From contig JAKBSJ010000002.1 in NCBI GenBank assembly GCA_021844945.1, positions 108,684 through 172,683 of the forward strand: a DNA stretch of 64,000 bases, written 5' to 3'. Shown in pieces: positions 9,327 to 18,352 of this stretch. The first letter of the stretch is position 1. Each line of letters begins with the position of its first letter. This DNA comes from Thermoplasmata archaeon. Its GTDB lineage: Archaea; Thermoplasmatota; Thermoplasmata; Lutacidiplasmatales; UBA184. Below the pieces are notes generated by a model, which did not search any database, had not been told where the DNA came from, and saw only the letters and a list, made by a program, of their open reading frames with translations. Position numbers and translations under genes: made by a program.

Positions 9327-9582
9327 CTCTCCGAGCGAACCGCACGCTACTTCGAGGCGACGAGGTGCCTTCCCCGGAGATTGGGATCCGCCAGCTCTTC
9401 GCGGGATGAGAGCTCCCGACCGCAAGAGCCGTAGACGAACGGTTCCCCCGCGGCACCTCAGGGTTCTGATCCGGTCGCACCGCGAGGTAGATCGTTTTGT
9501 GACGGCGGTCGAGCCTTCTTCGAAGGGTCATCGCCTGCCACTTAGATCGAGGTGGCTCCCAGACCCCTTGGGGCAAAGGGAA

Positions 9583-10070
9583 CTACGGGGAATCGGAAAC
9601 GGTCCCTCGAACGATTACTTCGGGTTCGTGGACGATGGGGAAGTTCACGGAGGCCGCGATGAAGCATTTCCGGTGGGCCTCGTCGTGGAGCGCACGCGCC
9701 CGAGCCGCGTCCCCTTGGGCGATGACGGCCCGGGGGCGCAGGCGGACCTCCTCGAGTCTTCCGCCTCCGCTAGGGTCCTCACGCATCCTTCCCTCGGCGC
9801 GATCCTCGTACTCGACCCCCCGAATCTGGTTCACGGCGCAGAGGTGAAGGTACCAGAGCATGTGGCAGGAGGAGAGGGAGACGACCAGGAGTTCCTCGGG
9901 GTTCCAGCGAGAGCTGTCCCCCCGGAACCCGGGGTCGGAGGAACCCAACAGCGTCGGCTTCCCCTCCGAGGGTACCGCGAACGCTCGATCGTAGGCGTCG
10001 TAGTGTTCCGTGCCGGATCCACGGTCCCGGTCCATTCCATCCGGGCTCGATAGGTGCGAACACGCTCCAT
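9583..10070 (-). pseudogene. OsmC/Ohr-family peroxiredoxin with a single-base frameshift (true pseudogene or assembly error)
   Basis: N-terminus MERVRTYRARMEWTG is in one frame and RGSGT...WNPEELLVVSLSSCHMLWYL...AHRKCFIAASV in another. One A appears missing near 10025. Confidence 0.75.
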
Positions 10071-10193
10071 CGCCCTCAAAGATAACCTCCTCTCTTAGCC
10101 AAGGCATGAGGGTCGCCGAGAGGCTGACTTGCGGTCGAGGCTTCCCACGGAGCCTGGTTCTGAGAGACGAACGCGCGCGGACGGGCATCCTGC

Positions 10194-10209
10194 GGGAGTG
10201 CGGTTGTCG
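10194..10209 (+). repeat. att-like direct repeat, distal copy
   Basis: GGGAGTGCGGTTGTCG is identical to 11712-11727 (tRNA-Gly 3' end and flank). Confidence 0.8.
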
Positions 10210-10379
10210 AGCATCGCAAGAAAGTTCCGATGCCTGCGCTCAGTCCAGTGTAAGGAGGCGGGAGCGCTAACGGCGCTGGCCAGGCCGGGTCCTCTCCATA
10301 GACCTGAAGTTAAGGCCCGAGGCTAGTCCGGCTCCACAGCTCGCAAGTTCTTATCAGGGGGCACTTCTTCTAGAGCGTC

Positions 10380-10658
10380 GTGGCAGCCTCGCGTCCGACC
10401 CATGGCATCGACGTCACCTTGGGGACCACAGAGGTCGTGATGTGCCTGCTTCAGGAGGCCGGCAATCCAGTAAGCCGAAACTGGCTCCTCGAACGGCTAA
10501 AACAAGCTGGTCACACGACCAGTCGTGTCCGATTGAATCGGGCCCTTCAATTCTGTTTCGATCTTGGACTCGCAGTCGAAGGATCGAGAGGTATTCAATG
10601 GACCCACACCACCAGCCCGAGCCTCCTCCACGCGCTCTCCAAAGGCAAGCGGCTCTGA
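10380..10658 (+). CDS. Small winged-helix protein, putative antitoxin
   Basis: 92 aa; helix-helix-helix-wing pattern (VSRNWLLERL...RLNRALQFCFDLGLAVEG...IQW); TTCTTATC promoter about 25 nt upstream. Confidence 0.6.
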   Translation: MAASRPTHGIDVTLGTTEVVMCLLQEAGNPVSRNWLLERLKQAGHTTSRVRLNRALQFCFDLGLAVEGSRGIQWTHTTSPSLLHALSKGKRL

Positions 10659-10667
10659 GGCTTTGGC

Positions 10668-11015
10668 ATGCCTTTTCGGCCCGACGAGATCGTCCTCCAT
10701 CACGACGTCCAAGCATCCTTTGAGGCGTGGGAATCCCTGGCCTCGCGCCGACGCCAGCCCGCTCAGGCCGTCTGGAAGAGTCTGCAAGCGTGCATCGCAC
10801 GGCTTCGGGAGGACGCCCAATGGGGTGAAGTGATTCGTCGAGAATCGATTCCTCCCTACTTTCACGAACACTATGGTGTCGGCAACTTCTACTGCATCGA
10901 CCTCGCAGCGTACCACAGATGCTTCTACACGATCGCGAATCGCTCGGTGATCCTGCTCGACCTCGTGGATCACCCCACGTACGACAAGTGGTTCCCTGGT
11001 CGCCGTCGAAAGTAG
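10668..11015 (+). CDS. RelE-like putative toxin
   Basis: 115 aa; GEVI...IP...YGVGNFYCIDL...HRCFYTI...ILLDLVDHPTYDKWF resembles archaeal RelE-fold proteins. Confidence 0.55.
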   Translation: MPFRPDEIVLHHDVQASFEAWESLASRRRQPAQAVWKSLQACIARLREDAQWGEVIRRESIPPYFHEHYGVGNFYCIDLAAYHRCFYTIANRSVILLDLVDHPTYDKWFPGRRRK

Positions 11016-11066
11016 TCCGGCGACTGAGAAGCACACCGACCCACATGCAGTCGCCGGCAAAGCGGT

Positions 11067-11690
11067 CTAGGCGGTGTTCTTTCCCCGGCGGATCCCCGAG
11101 GCACCCTCGGCAGGGACTGCCTGGTCTGGGCGGTCCCCGGATTTGAACAGGCTCCAGATCCGCGCCGTGTCGCGGAAGTTCTGGGCCCGGTCGGCAAGCC
11201 TGGCCACCTCCTCCCTGGTGAGGATATCGGAGGCACCATTCGTCGGCTTCCACCGTTCGAACTTAATCCGTAGCCAGGAAGGGAACTTCGGCCCGTCACG
11301 GGCGAGGCGCCAGCGCCAGAACGTAGCAAGGCACTGCGCCACGGTGACACGGGAACCTCGAGCGTACTCCTTCGGTGCGAAGAGTTCACTGAACCGGACG
11401 GGCGTGTCGCGGTTCGGCGCGAGGAAGTCTCCTCCGATACGGGCGGCGGCGACAGGGAGCCAGGCGAGGTAGGTGCGTGTGCGCAGATCGCTAACCTCTG
11501 GACGCCGCGCCCGAACGAACTCGAGGATCGCGTCTCGTTCTGCCCTCCCCACGGGGAAGACCAGCACCCACGGGACCGTCGGACCGGAGTTGCTCAATGC
11601 GGTGCTCGATGTAGCCCCGTACGAGGTGAGGGTCGGCAAACGGGCCCTCTGTCGCCGTCTTCTTCTGGGGCTTCGCTCCGAGAGAAGGGC
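11067..11690 (-). pseudogene. Truncated, frameshifted tyrosine recombinase (integrase)
   Basis: DILTREEVARLADRAQNFRDTARIWSLFKSGDRP corresponds to the LT-E-EV...RD-A...SG-R box. It stops right after the first catalytic Arg, with no HxxR or Tyr. It lies next to tRNA-Gly. Confidence 0.75.
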
Positions 11691-11716
11691 ATAGCGGGAC
11701 ATGAACTTAAGGGGAG

Positions 11717-11788
11717 TGCGGTTGTCGGGATTTGAACCCGAGTAGGTAGCTTGGGAAGCTACCGTCCTAACCACTAGACCACAACCGC
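11717..11788 (-). tRNA. tRNA-Gly(CCC)
   Basis: GCGGTTG...GTAGC TT CCC AA GCTAC...GGGTTCAAATCCC...CAACCGC A folds as a cloverleaf. Confidence 0.95.
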
Positions 11789-11850
11789 GCGGAGCCCCCG
11801 GAGAAGATTCCCGAGATTAGCCTTTGGACGCGGGGCCACGTCGCTCTCCG

Positions 11851-12339
11851 TCAGAAGAGGAGACCCACCGATTCGGAGGGGATCGTCGGAGACCCGGCGA
11901 CGACGTCGGCATTGGAGATCAGTCGTTCGGCGGACTGCGAAACGAGCCCGGACTGCAGGAGCACCTTGCGGGCCCGAGCCGGATCGCTCGACGAGAGGGC
12001 CACGAGGGCCCGCCCTCCGTCCCTCGTAACGAGGATCGCGACGCTCGAGATGTTGACCTTGGCGCGCGCGAGCGCCTCGAGCACTTTGAGGAAGCTTCCG
12101 GCGCGGTCCTCGAGGCGAACCGCGATCATCTCTCGCTTCTCGACCGTGTAGCCGCGCAGAGCGAGGAGCCCCTCGGCGCGCTCGGGATCGCTCACGATCA
12201 TCCGGATGCGGCCCCGGGTCGGCGTCGAGTCCACGCTGATGGCCGCGAGGTTGATGCGCTCCTTCGCGAGAAGACGTGCGACCCCCGCCAGCATGCCGGG
12301 TCGGTTCGGCAACGAGAGCGAGATCTCGTGGAGGGTCAT
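11851..12339 (-). CDS. Tandem ACT-domain protein
   Basis: Two ACT repeats: NRPGMLAGVARLLAKERINL and EDRAGSFLKVLEALARAKVNI. Confidence 0.85.
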   Translation of the reverse strand: MTLHEISLSLPNRPGMLAGVARLLAKERINLAAISVDSTPTRGRIRMIVSDPERAEGLLALRGYTVEKREMIAVRLEDRAGSFLKVLEALARAKVNISSVAILVTRDGGRALVALSSSDPARARKVLLQSGLVSQSAERLISNADVVAGSPTIPSESVGLLF

Positions 12340-12455
12340 CGACGGTGGCGCACTCCCTCGATCCCAGAAAATGGTGACGGCGAGGTGCGGCGGGTTTCCT
12401 TTGCCGCCGTGCGTATTTATAGCCGGCCTCGGGTCGAAACGCTGCTCGGGGTCAG

Positions 12456-13409
12456 GTGACCGAGCAGGCATGCCCCATGCGGGGCCGTAATACTGTCGGA
12501 GCGGTGCGGCATCGGCGTCGGAACTCTCGGTCCCGCCGCGGCGTCGCATCGATCATCGGGGCGCTTCTGGCCCTTCTCATCTTCCTGGTCGCCTTCGGTC
12601 TCGTGCTCACCGAGGCCGTTCCCGTGTGGATGGCTCAGGACGAAGGGGCACTCTCCCGCGGCGTAACGGGCGCGCTCACGGACCTTCAGGCCACGCTCAC
12701 CGTTCAAGCCTCGACCGGAGCTCCGCGCACGGCGTTCACGCCACTTCCGCTCGCATCCGGCTCGGTGCCGGTCCTCGCGGTTCCCACGGTGGGGTCCGCC
12801 GAGTTTCTTTCGGGCACCCCGACCGGGTTCCTCAACATCAGTTGGACGAACGCGACGACGGGGATGCCACAGTTCGACAATGTGTCGCTCGGCGCCCTCG
12901 AGGTCCAGCTCCCGAACCGGTACACCGCCCCGCAGTCGCTTACGATGGAGGACGGAGCGGTTCTCACCTCTCAAGGGACCGGCCCCACGATGATGGCCTA
13001 CCCCCCCGCGTTCTCGATCCTACCGGGTCCGCATGGACCTTCGGTCACGCTCACCGCCGTTTCGATGGTGGGGGTCTCGGAAAGCGTCAGCGGACCCGGC
13101 ACCCAAGAGATTGTGGATACGCTGGTAAGCTCCGCCACCTTCCGCGCTACCGCGAACGCTTCGATCGGACCAGCAGGCCCGTTCACCTTCGTGATCGGCA
13201 ATGAGTACTCGTGCGCATGGGGCGGCTATCTCGCTGCGACGGCCGCCGGCGCGGGGCTCTCTCCATCCGAGTACACGCTGACCGGGCCCACGAGCTGTAC
13301 CGGATCGCAACCGTCGTTCGCCATCGTCTCGTTCTCGATCCAGGCCATCGCGTCGATGAACCTCATCGTCAGCGACGTCTCAGTCTCATTCGCGGCCGGC
13401 GCGGGGTGA
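12456..13409 (+). CDS. Archaeal type IV pilin-like protein (class III signal peptide)
   Basis: Basic leader RRNSRSRRG followed by hydrophobic VASIIGALLALLIFLVAFGLV; beta-rich body; first gene of the pilus operon. Confidence 0.75.
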   Translation: MTEQACPMRGRNTVGAVRHRRRNSRSRRGVASIIGALLALLIFLVAFGLVLTEAVPVWMAQDEGALSRGVTGALTDLQATLTVQASTGAPRTAFTPLPLASGSVPVLAVPTVGSAEFLSGTPTGFLNISWTNATTGMPQFDNVSLGALEVQLPNRYTAPQSLTMEDGAVLTSQGTGPTMMAYPPAFSILPGPHGPSVTLTAVSMVGVSESVSGPGTQEIVDTLVSSATFRATANASIGPAGPFTFVIGNEYSCAWGGYLAATAAGAGLSPSEYTLTGPTSCTGSQPSFAIVSFSIQAIASMNLIVSDVSVSFAAGAG

Positions 13410-13419
13410 GTGAGCTCTC

Positions 13420-14964
13420 ATGGAAAGCGCGCTGGATCCGACCCGGGCGTCCGCCCGCTCGCCGGTGGCGATCGTCGATACCCCGGATCGATCCACCTAC
13501 CCGTACCGCCGCGAGGTGACGCCTCCTTTCGCGCACGTCGAGGTCACCCTCGATCCGGGTTCAGCCTCTCTGCGCTACGAGGTGCACGAACCCGTGCTCA
13601 CGGAGGAAGAACGGGAGGCGAGCGACGCGCTCGACCGCGCGCTGCCCCGGATCCTGCCTCCTCTCCCGGGACCTGCCACTCCCGAGCGGCGCACGGACCA
13701 CTTGAGGCATACGGTGAACGAGTTCCTGGCCGCGCGCTATCCCGGGCTATCGTCGGCGTCCCGAGAGCGGATCCTGTACTTCCGACGACGCGACGCGATC
13801 GGCTACGGGCCTATTGACGCGATCCTCCGCGACCCCGAGATCGAGGACGTGTCGTGCGACGGGGTCGGGTCCGCGGTCTTCGTCTATCACGCGCGTTTCG
13901 AGTCGATACGCACGAACGTCGTCTTCCCGGATGAGGGCGCCCTCAACGGTTACGTGGTCCGACTCGCGCAGCGATGCGCTCGATCCGTGAGCGTCGCGCG
14001 ACCGCTTCTGGACGCCTCGACCCCCGAAGGTCACCGCGTCCAGCTCACCTACGGTCGTTCGGTCAGCGGCCGCGGCTCGACCTTCACCCTGCGGCGCTTC
14101 CGCGACCGGCCCTTCACCCCGATCGACCTCGTCCGCAACGGGAGCTGGAGCGCCGAGATGGTCGCGTACCTGTGGTTGGCGGCCGAGCACCGCGACTCGA
14201 TGATCGTGGTGGGAGGGCCGGGTGCCGGGAAGACCAGCACGCTCAACGCGATCGCCCTGTTCGTAGCGGCATCGGCGAAGATCGTCTCGATCGAGGATAC
14301 GCGGGAGATCAACCTCCCTCACGCCAACTGGGTACCGTTGACGACGCGCACCGGCGCCTCCATGGCCGGGATCGGGACGGACCGAGCCCAAGACATCGAT
14401 CTCTTCGACCTCCTCACCGCCGCGCTTCGGCAGCGTCCGAGCCACATCGTCGTCGGAGAGGTACGGGGCCGCGAGGCCTACACAATGTTCCAGGCGATGA
14501 ATACCGGCCACGCCACGTATGCGACGATGCACGCGGATTCCCTCCGGGCTCTGGTCCAGCGCTTGGAGAGCCCGCCGATCCAAGTCCCTCGCGCACTGCT
14601 GTCCGCGCTTCGGGAGGTGTTGATCGAGACGTTGACCCGCACCCCATCCGGACCCGCCCGTCGCATCCGGGAGCTGGTCGAGGTGCGGGGAGTCGATGCC
14701 GACACCGGCGAGGTCGTGAGCACGCCGGTATTCACGTGGGACGAAGCGGCCGACACTTTCCACTACCTCGGGCACTCCTACCTTTTCGAGCGGATCGCGA
14801 CGTCGACCGGTCGCTCGGCCGGTGCGGTCGACGAGGAGTTCCGGCGCCGCGCCGCGGCGATCCAGGCTCTCGCCGACTCCGGGCGCCCGATCGGTCCGAC
14901 CGCCATGTGGCAGTGGATCCGCGAGAACGGCCGCTGGGCGAGCGGACCTGCGGAGGTCCTGTGA
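13420..14964 (+). CDS. Type II/IV secretion (PilB/FlaI-like) ATPase 1
   Basis: DPEIEDVSCDG, Walker A GGPGAGKT, SIEDTRE, LRQRP, GEVRGRE and TGH...TMHA motifs. Confidence 0.93.
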   Translation: MESALDPTRASARSPVAIVDTPDRSTYPYRREVTPPFAHVEVTLDPGSASLRYEVHEPVLTEEEREASDALDRALPRILPPLPGPATPERRTDHLRHTVNEFLAARYPGLSSASRERILYFRRRDAIGYGPIDAILRDPEIEDVSCDGVGSAVFVYHARFESIRTNVVFPDEGALNGYVVRLAQRCARSVSVARPLLDASTPEGHRVQLTYGRSVSGRGSTFTLRRFRDRPFTPIDLVRNGSWSAEMVAYLWLAAEHRDSMIVVGGPGAGKTSTLNAIALFVAASAKIVSIEDTREINLPHANWVPLTTRTGASMAGIGTDRAQDIDLFDLLTAALRQRPSHIVVGEVRGREAYTMFQAMNTGHATYATMHADSLRALVQRLESPPIQVPRALLSALREVLIETLTRTPSGPARRIRELVEVRGVDADTGEVVSTPVFTWDEAADTFHYLGHSYLFERIATSTGRSAGAVDEEFRRRAAAIQALADSGRPIGPTAMWQWIRENGRWASGPAEVL

Positions 14965-15872
14965 CGGACGGATCGGTGCCGACCCTCGCTCCCGAAGGGG
15001 ACCGGCCGAGGCTCACTCGATTCGATCGCTGGGCCTGGAAGGCGTTCGGAAGGCGGGTCGGGGCGACGGGCGCATCGGACGATGCGCTGGCGCGGGCGCA
15101 CTGGCTTCGAACGCCGGACGAGTTCCGGGCCTACACGCTCCTTCTGACCGTGGTGATCGCGCTCGCCGCGGGCGTCGCATCCGCGGTGGTCGCGACCCTG
15201 GACCTCCGATCGATGGGGATGCTCGTCGTGGCGAGCGTCGCCCTGGCCGCCGCCGGGGTCGCCGGCGGTCTCGGCTACGTGGTCGTCTCCGACCTCCCGA
15301 ACTCCCGAGCGTTGGCTCGGCGGCAGGGGATCGACCGACACCTGCCGCGAGCCCTCGGGTTCGTCGCGGCCATGAGCTGCGCCGACGTTCCCCTCGACGA
15401 GATCTTCCGCGAACTCTCCCATCAGCCGATCTACGGCGAGGTCGCGAGCGAAGCCGCGTGGATCGTCCGAGACACCGACCTCTTGGGCCGGGATGTCCTT
15501 TCGGCCGTTCGCGACGCGACCCGCCGCAGCCCGTCGCCGGGGTGGGAGGAGTTCCTCCAGGGGCTCGTGACGACCTCCGAGAGCGGAGGCGATCTGCGCT
15601 CGTACTTCCTCGCGCAGGCCGATCGCTACGAACGCGACGGTACGGTGCGCGTCCAGGGTCAGCTCGAGCGGCTTGGGACCTACGCCGAGGCCTACGTGAC
15701 GGTCGCGGTCGCGTTCCCGCTCTTCCTGCTCGTGATCCTAACGGTCTTCACGCTCATCGAAGGAGCGGCGAACCACCTGTTGACCTTCGTATGGCTTACC
15801 GCGCTCGGCATCGTACCGGCGGCCGAGCTCGCCTTCGGGCTTCTGTTCCGACGCCTCGGAGAGGACACATGA
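14961..15872 (+). CDS. PilC/TadC (T2SS F-family) platform protein 1
   Basis: GTG overlaps the upstream stop; TM helices; LPRALGFVAAMS...YGEVASE...SPS...EFLQG...SGGDL. Confidence 0.85.
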   Translation: MTDGSVPTLAPEGDRPRLTRFDRWAWKAFGRRVGATGASDDALARAHWLRTPDEFRAYTLLLTVVIALAAGVASAVVATLDLRSMGMLVVASVALAAAGVAGGLGYVVVSDLPNSRALARRQGIDRHLPRALGFVAAMSCADVPLDEIFRELSHQPIYGEVASEAAWIVRDTDLLGRDVLSAVRDATRRSPSPGWEEFLQGLVTTSESGGDLRSYFLAQADRYERDGTVRVQGQLERLGTYAEAYVTVAVAFPLFLLVILTVFTLIEGAANHLLTFVWLTALGIVPAAELAFGLLFRRLGEDT

Positions 15873-16828
15873 GTGGCTCCGGGGATCGTCCCGCGTCGCC
15901 CCGCCTCGAGCGGCCCCCCACCCCCTTCTCCGAGGAACGGGCCCAACGCCGCGACCGCCGGACGCTCCGGGGCTCGATCGTCGCGGCCCTGGCCCTGTGG
16001 GTCGTTGCCGGATTGAACGCCGCGGGCACGGTCACCCTCGAGATCCGTCCCGGCGAAGGCGCCGGATGGAACCCCGCGCTCGACTTCGTGGTCCTCGGTC
16101 TCATCGCCCTGCTCCTGCCGTACGGGATCGTTCGCGCCCGCCACATCCGTGCGGTGGAAGGGATCGAGCGGCGCCTCCCCGACTTCCTGGGGGACGTCGC
16201 GGAGTCGGGCTCCCAGGGGCTCACGCTCACCGATGCGATACGGACGGCCGCGCGGGGGCAGTACGGACCCCTCACCCCAGAGATCCGGCGCATGGCCACC
16301 GAGCTCAACTGGGGCGTCCCCGCCGAAGAGGTGCTCGCCGGCTTGGAGCAGCGCCTATCAACCCCGCTCGTGAAGGAGGCGTTCGCTGTCGTGGGCCGCG
16401 CCCAGGCGACCGGCGGCCGCTACCCCGAGGTCCTTCGCCGGGTCGCGCACGACCTCCGCTCGACCCAACTCATGCGGGAGCGCCGACGCGACATGATGCG
16501 CACCTACGTCATCGTGGTCGCTCTCGCCTACGCGGTCTTCCTCCTGACGGTCTACGTCCTCGCCGCGGTCTACCTCCCCGAACTCTTGGCCGCCGGCGGC
16601 TCGTCGGGTTTCGGGTCGACGGGTTACCTCGTCGGGACGGCGGTCGTCGCGAGCCTGTTCCTGGCTCTGTTCGTGGCGGTGATCGCCCACGGCCTAGGTG
16701 ACGGGCTCGTTGCCGGCTTCCTGTACCGCGGTCGGTTCGCGGAGGGGTTGACGCTCTCCGCCGGACTTCTGATGGTCGGTTGGGTGGTCCTGCGCTTCGT
16801 GGTCGCTCCGATCGCCGGAGGAGCGTAG
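15869..16828 (+). CDS. PilC/TadC (T2SS F-family) platform protein 2
   Basis: ATG overlaps the upstream stop; IERRLPDFLGDVAES...YGPLTPEIRRM...WG motif; TM helices. Confidence 0.85.
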   Translation: MSGSGDRPASPRLERPPTPFSEERAQRRDRRTLRGSIVAALALWVVAGLNAAGTVTLEIRPGEGAGWNPALDFVVLGLIALLLPYGIVRARHIRAVEGIERRLPDFLGDVAESGSQGLTLTDAIRTAARGQYGPLTPEIRRMATELNWGVPAEEVLAGLEQRLSTPLVKEAFAVVGRAQATGGRYPEVLRRVAHDLRSTQLMRERRRDMMRTYVIVVALAYAVFLLTVYVLAAVYLPELLAAGGSSGFGSTGYLVGTAVVASLFLALFVAVIAHGLGDGLVAGFLYRGRFAEGLTLSAGLLMVGWVVLRFVVAPIAGGA

Positions 16829-16831
16829 ACC

Positions 16832-18352
16832 GTGACCGCGCTCCCGGCTCTCGATTCCCGGATCCGCGGGACCGCCGAGGTTCGTCCCGGAGAAGATTCG
16901 GGTGAACTCTCCTACCGGATCGTCGAGCCCGCGCTCTCTACGGAAGAACGCCGAGGCCTCGGCGAGATCCGTCGGCGGCTCTTCGCGACGGAGCTGATCC
17001 GACCGGAGGGTCCGACGGAGGCGGAGGCGCGACTCACCGAGCGGATCGAGGTCCTCGCGCGAGCGGATCCCCGTCTCCAGGACCCGGACCGCCGGGCCCG
17101 GCTGACGTACTACCTGGTCCGGGACCTGGTGGGCTTCGGACCAATCGACGTACCGATGCGCGACCCCGACATCGAGGACATCTCGTGCGACGGGGTGGGA
17201 GTCCCTCTGTTCGTTCACCACCGCCGCTGGGGCTCGCTCGCCACCAACCTCTCCTTTCCCGACCCGACCGAGCTCGATCGCTTCGTAGGGAGCCTCGCGC
17301 AGCGCTCGGGCCGCCATCTATCGGTGGCCGAGCCTCTCGTGGAGGGGACGCTTCCCGGGGGTGCCCGGCTCGAGGCCAGCCTCGGACCGCAGATCACGAC
17401 GCGCGGGTCTACGTTCACCATTCGCCGGTTCCGGGAACGAGCGTTCACGCCCGCCGATCTCGTCCGCTCCGGCACGATCGACGCCGGAACGATGGCCTAC
17501 CTGTGGCTCGCGGTCGAGTCGGGCCAATCGTTCGTCGTCCTCGGAGGAACGGCCAGCGGCAAGACGACCACGCTGAACGCGCTCCTCCACTTCGTCCCGG
17601 CCGAGCGCAAGATCGTTTCGATCGAGGACACACGGGAGCTCCACCTTCCCCACGAGAACTGGGTCCCGCTCGTGACCCGCGGCCCCGCGCCCCGGGCCGG
17701 AGAGGCCGAGAGTCCGGAGGTCGGGGCCATCGACATGTACGACCTGCTCAGCGCCGCGCTGCGCCAGCGCCCACAGTACCTGGTCGTGGGCGAGGTTCGA
17801 GGGCGAGAAGCCTACACCGTGTTCCAGGCGATGGCGACCGGTCGGACCTGCTGCGCGACCTTCCATGCCGAGAGCCTCCGGGCGATGGTCCAGAGAATGG
17901 AGAACCCGCCGATCTCGCTCCCTCGGGCGCTGCTGGCGGCCCTGCCCATCGTCCTCGTCCAAGCCCAGGTGCGCGTGGACGATATGCCGGCCCGCCGCAT
18001 TCGCTCGGTCATCGAGATCGAAGGGCTGGACCCTGAAACCGAGGAGGTCGTCGCGAGCACGGTCTACCGTTGGGATGCGGACGGCGACCGGTTCGAGACC
18101 AGCGGCCAGTCCCGAGTGCTCGAGCAACTCGCCCGCGAGCGAGGGGTGGGGACCGACGCGATCCAGCGAGAGCTCGATCGTCGGCGGTCGCTCCTCGAGC
18201 GATGGGCCGGCGCGACCGACCGGGACCCGCTGGCGCCCGATCCCTTCCTGCGCGACGCCGCGGCGTACGCCCGGGATCCGGAGGGCGCGCTCTCCGCGGC
18301 CCTCCGCAGGGAAGAGGTGCCGCCCCCGGCCGGCCGTGGCGGTACGCCGTGA
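16832..18352 (+). CDS. Type II/IV secretion ATPase 2
   Basis: DPDIEDISCDG, Walker A GGTASGKT, SIEDTRE, LRQRPQY and GEVRGRE motifs. Confidence 0.93.
   Translation: MTALPALDSRIRGTAEVRPGEDSGELSYRIVEPALSTEERRGLGEIRRRLFATELIRPEGPTEAEARLTERIEVLARADPRLQDPDRRARLTYYLVRDLVGFGPIDVPMRDPDIEDISCDGVGVPLFVHHRRWGSLATNLSFPDPTELDRFVGSLAQRSGRHLSVAEPLVEGTLPGGARLEASLGPQITTRGSTFTIRRFRERAFTPADLVRSGTIDAGTMAYLWLAVESGQSFVVLGGTASGKTTTLNALLHFVPAERKIVSIEDTRELHLPHENWVPLVTRGPAPRAGEAESPEVGAIDMYDLLSAALRQRPQYLVVGEVRGREAYTVFQAMATGRTCCATFHAESLRAMVQRMENPPISLPRALLAALPIVLVQAQVRVDDMPARRIRSVIEIEGLDPETEEVVASTVYRWDADGDRFETSGQSRVLEQLARERGVGTDAIQRELDRRRSLLERWAGATDRDPLAPDPFLRDAAAYARDPEGALSAALRREEVPPPAGRGGTP

Larger units (their letters stand above)
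10194..11727. mobile_element. Decayed integrative element in the tRNA-Gly 3' end
   Basis: Bounded by a 16-bp direct repeat that overlaps the tRNA-Gly 3' end; holds an integrase fragment and a wHTH/RelE-like pair. Confidence 0.75.

Noticed and set aside
13974-16828. 632-aa and 668-aa ORF calls for the PilC genes
   Set aside because: The N-terminal extensions are Arg/Pro-rich out-of-frame overlaps; true starts are 14961 and 15869.
12456-18352. Archaellum operon
   Set aside because: No ArlH/FlaH, ArlF/G or archaellin array; the architecture fits a type IV pilus.
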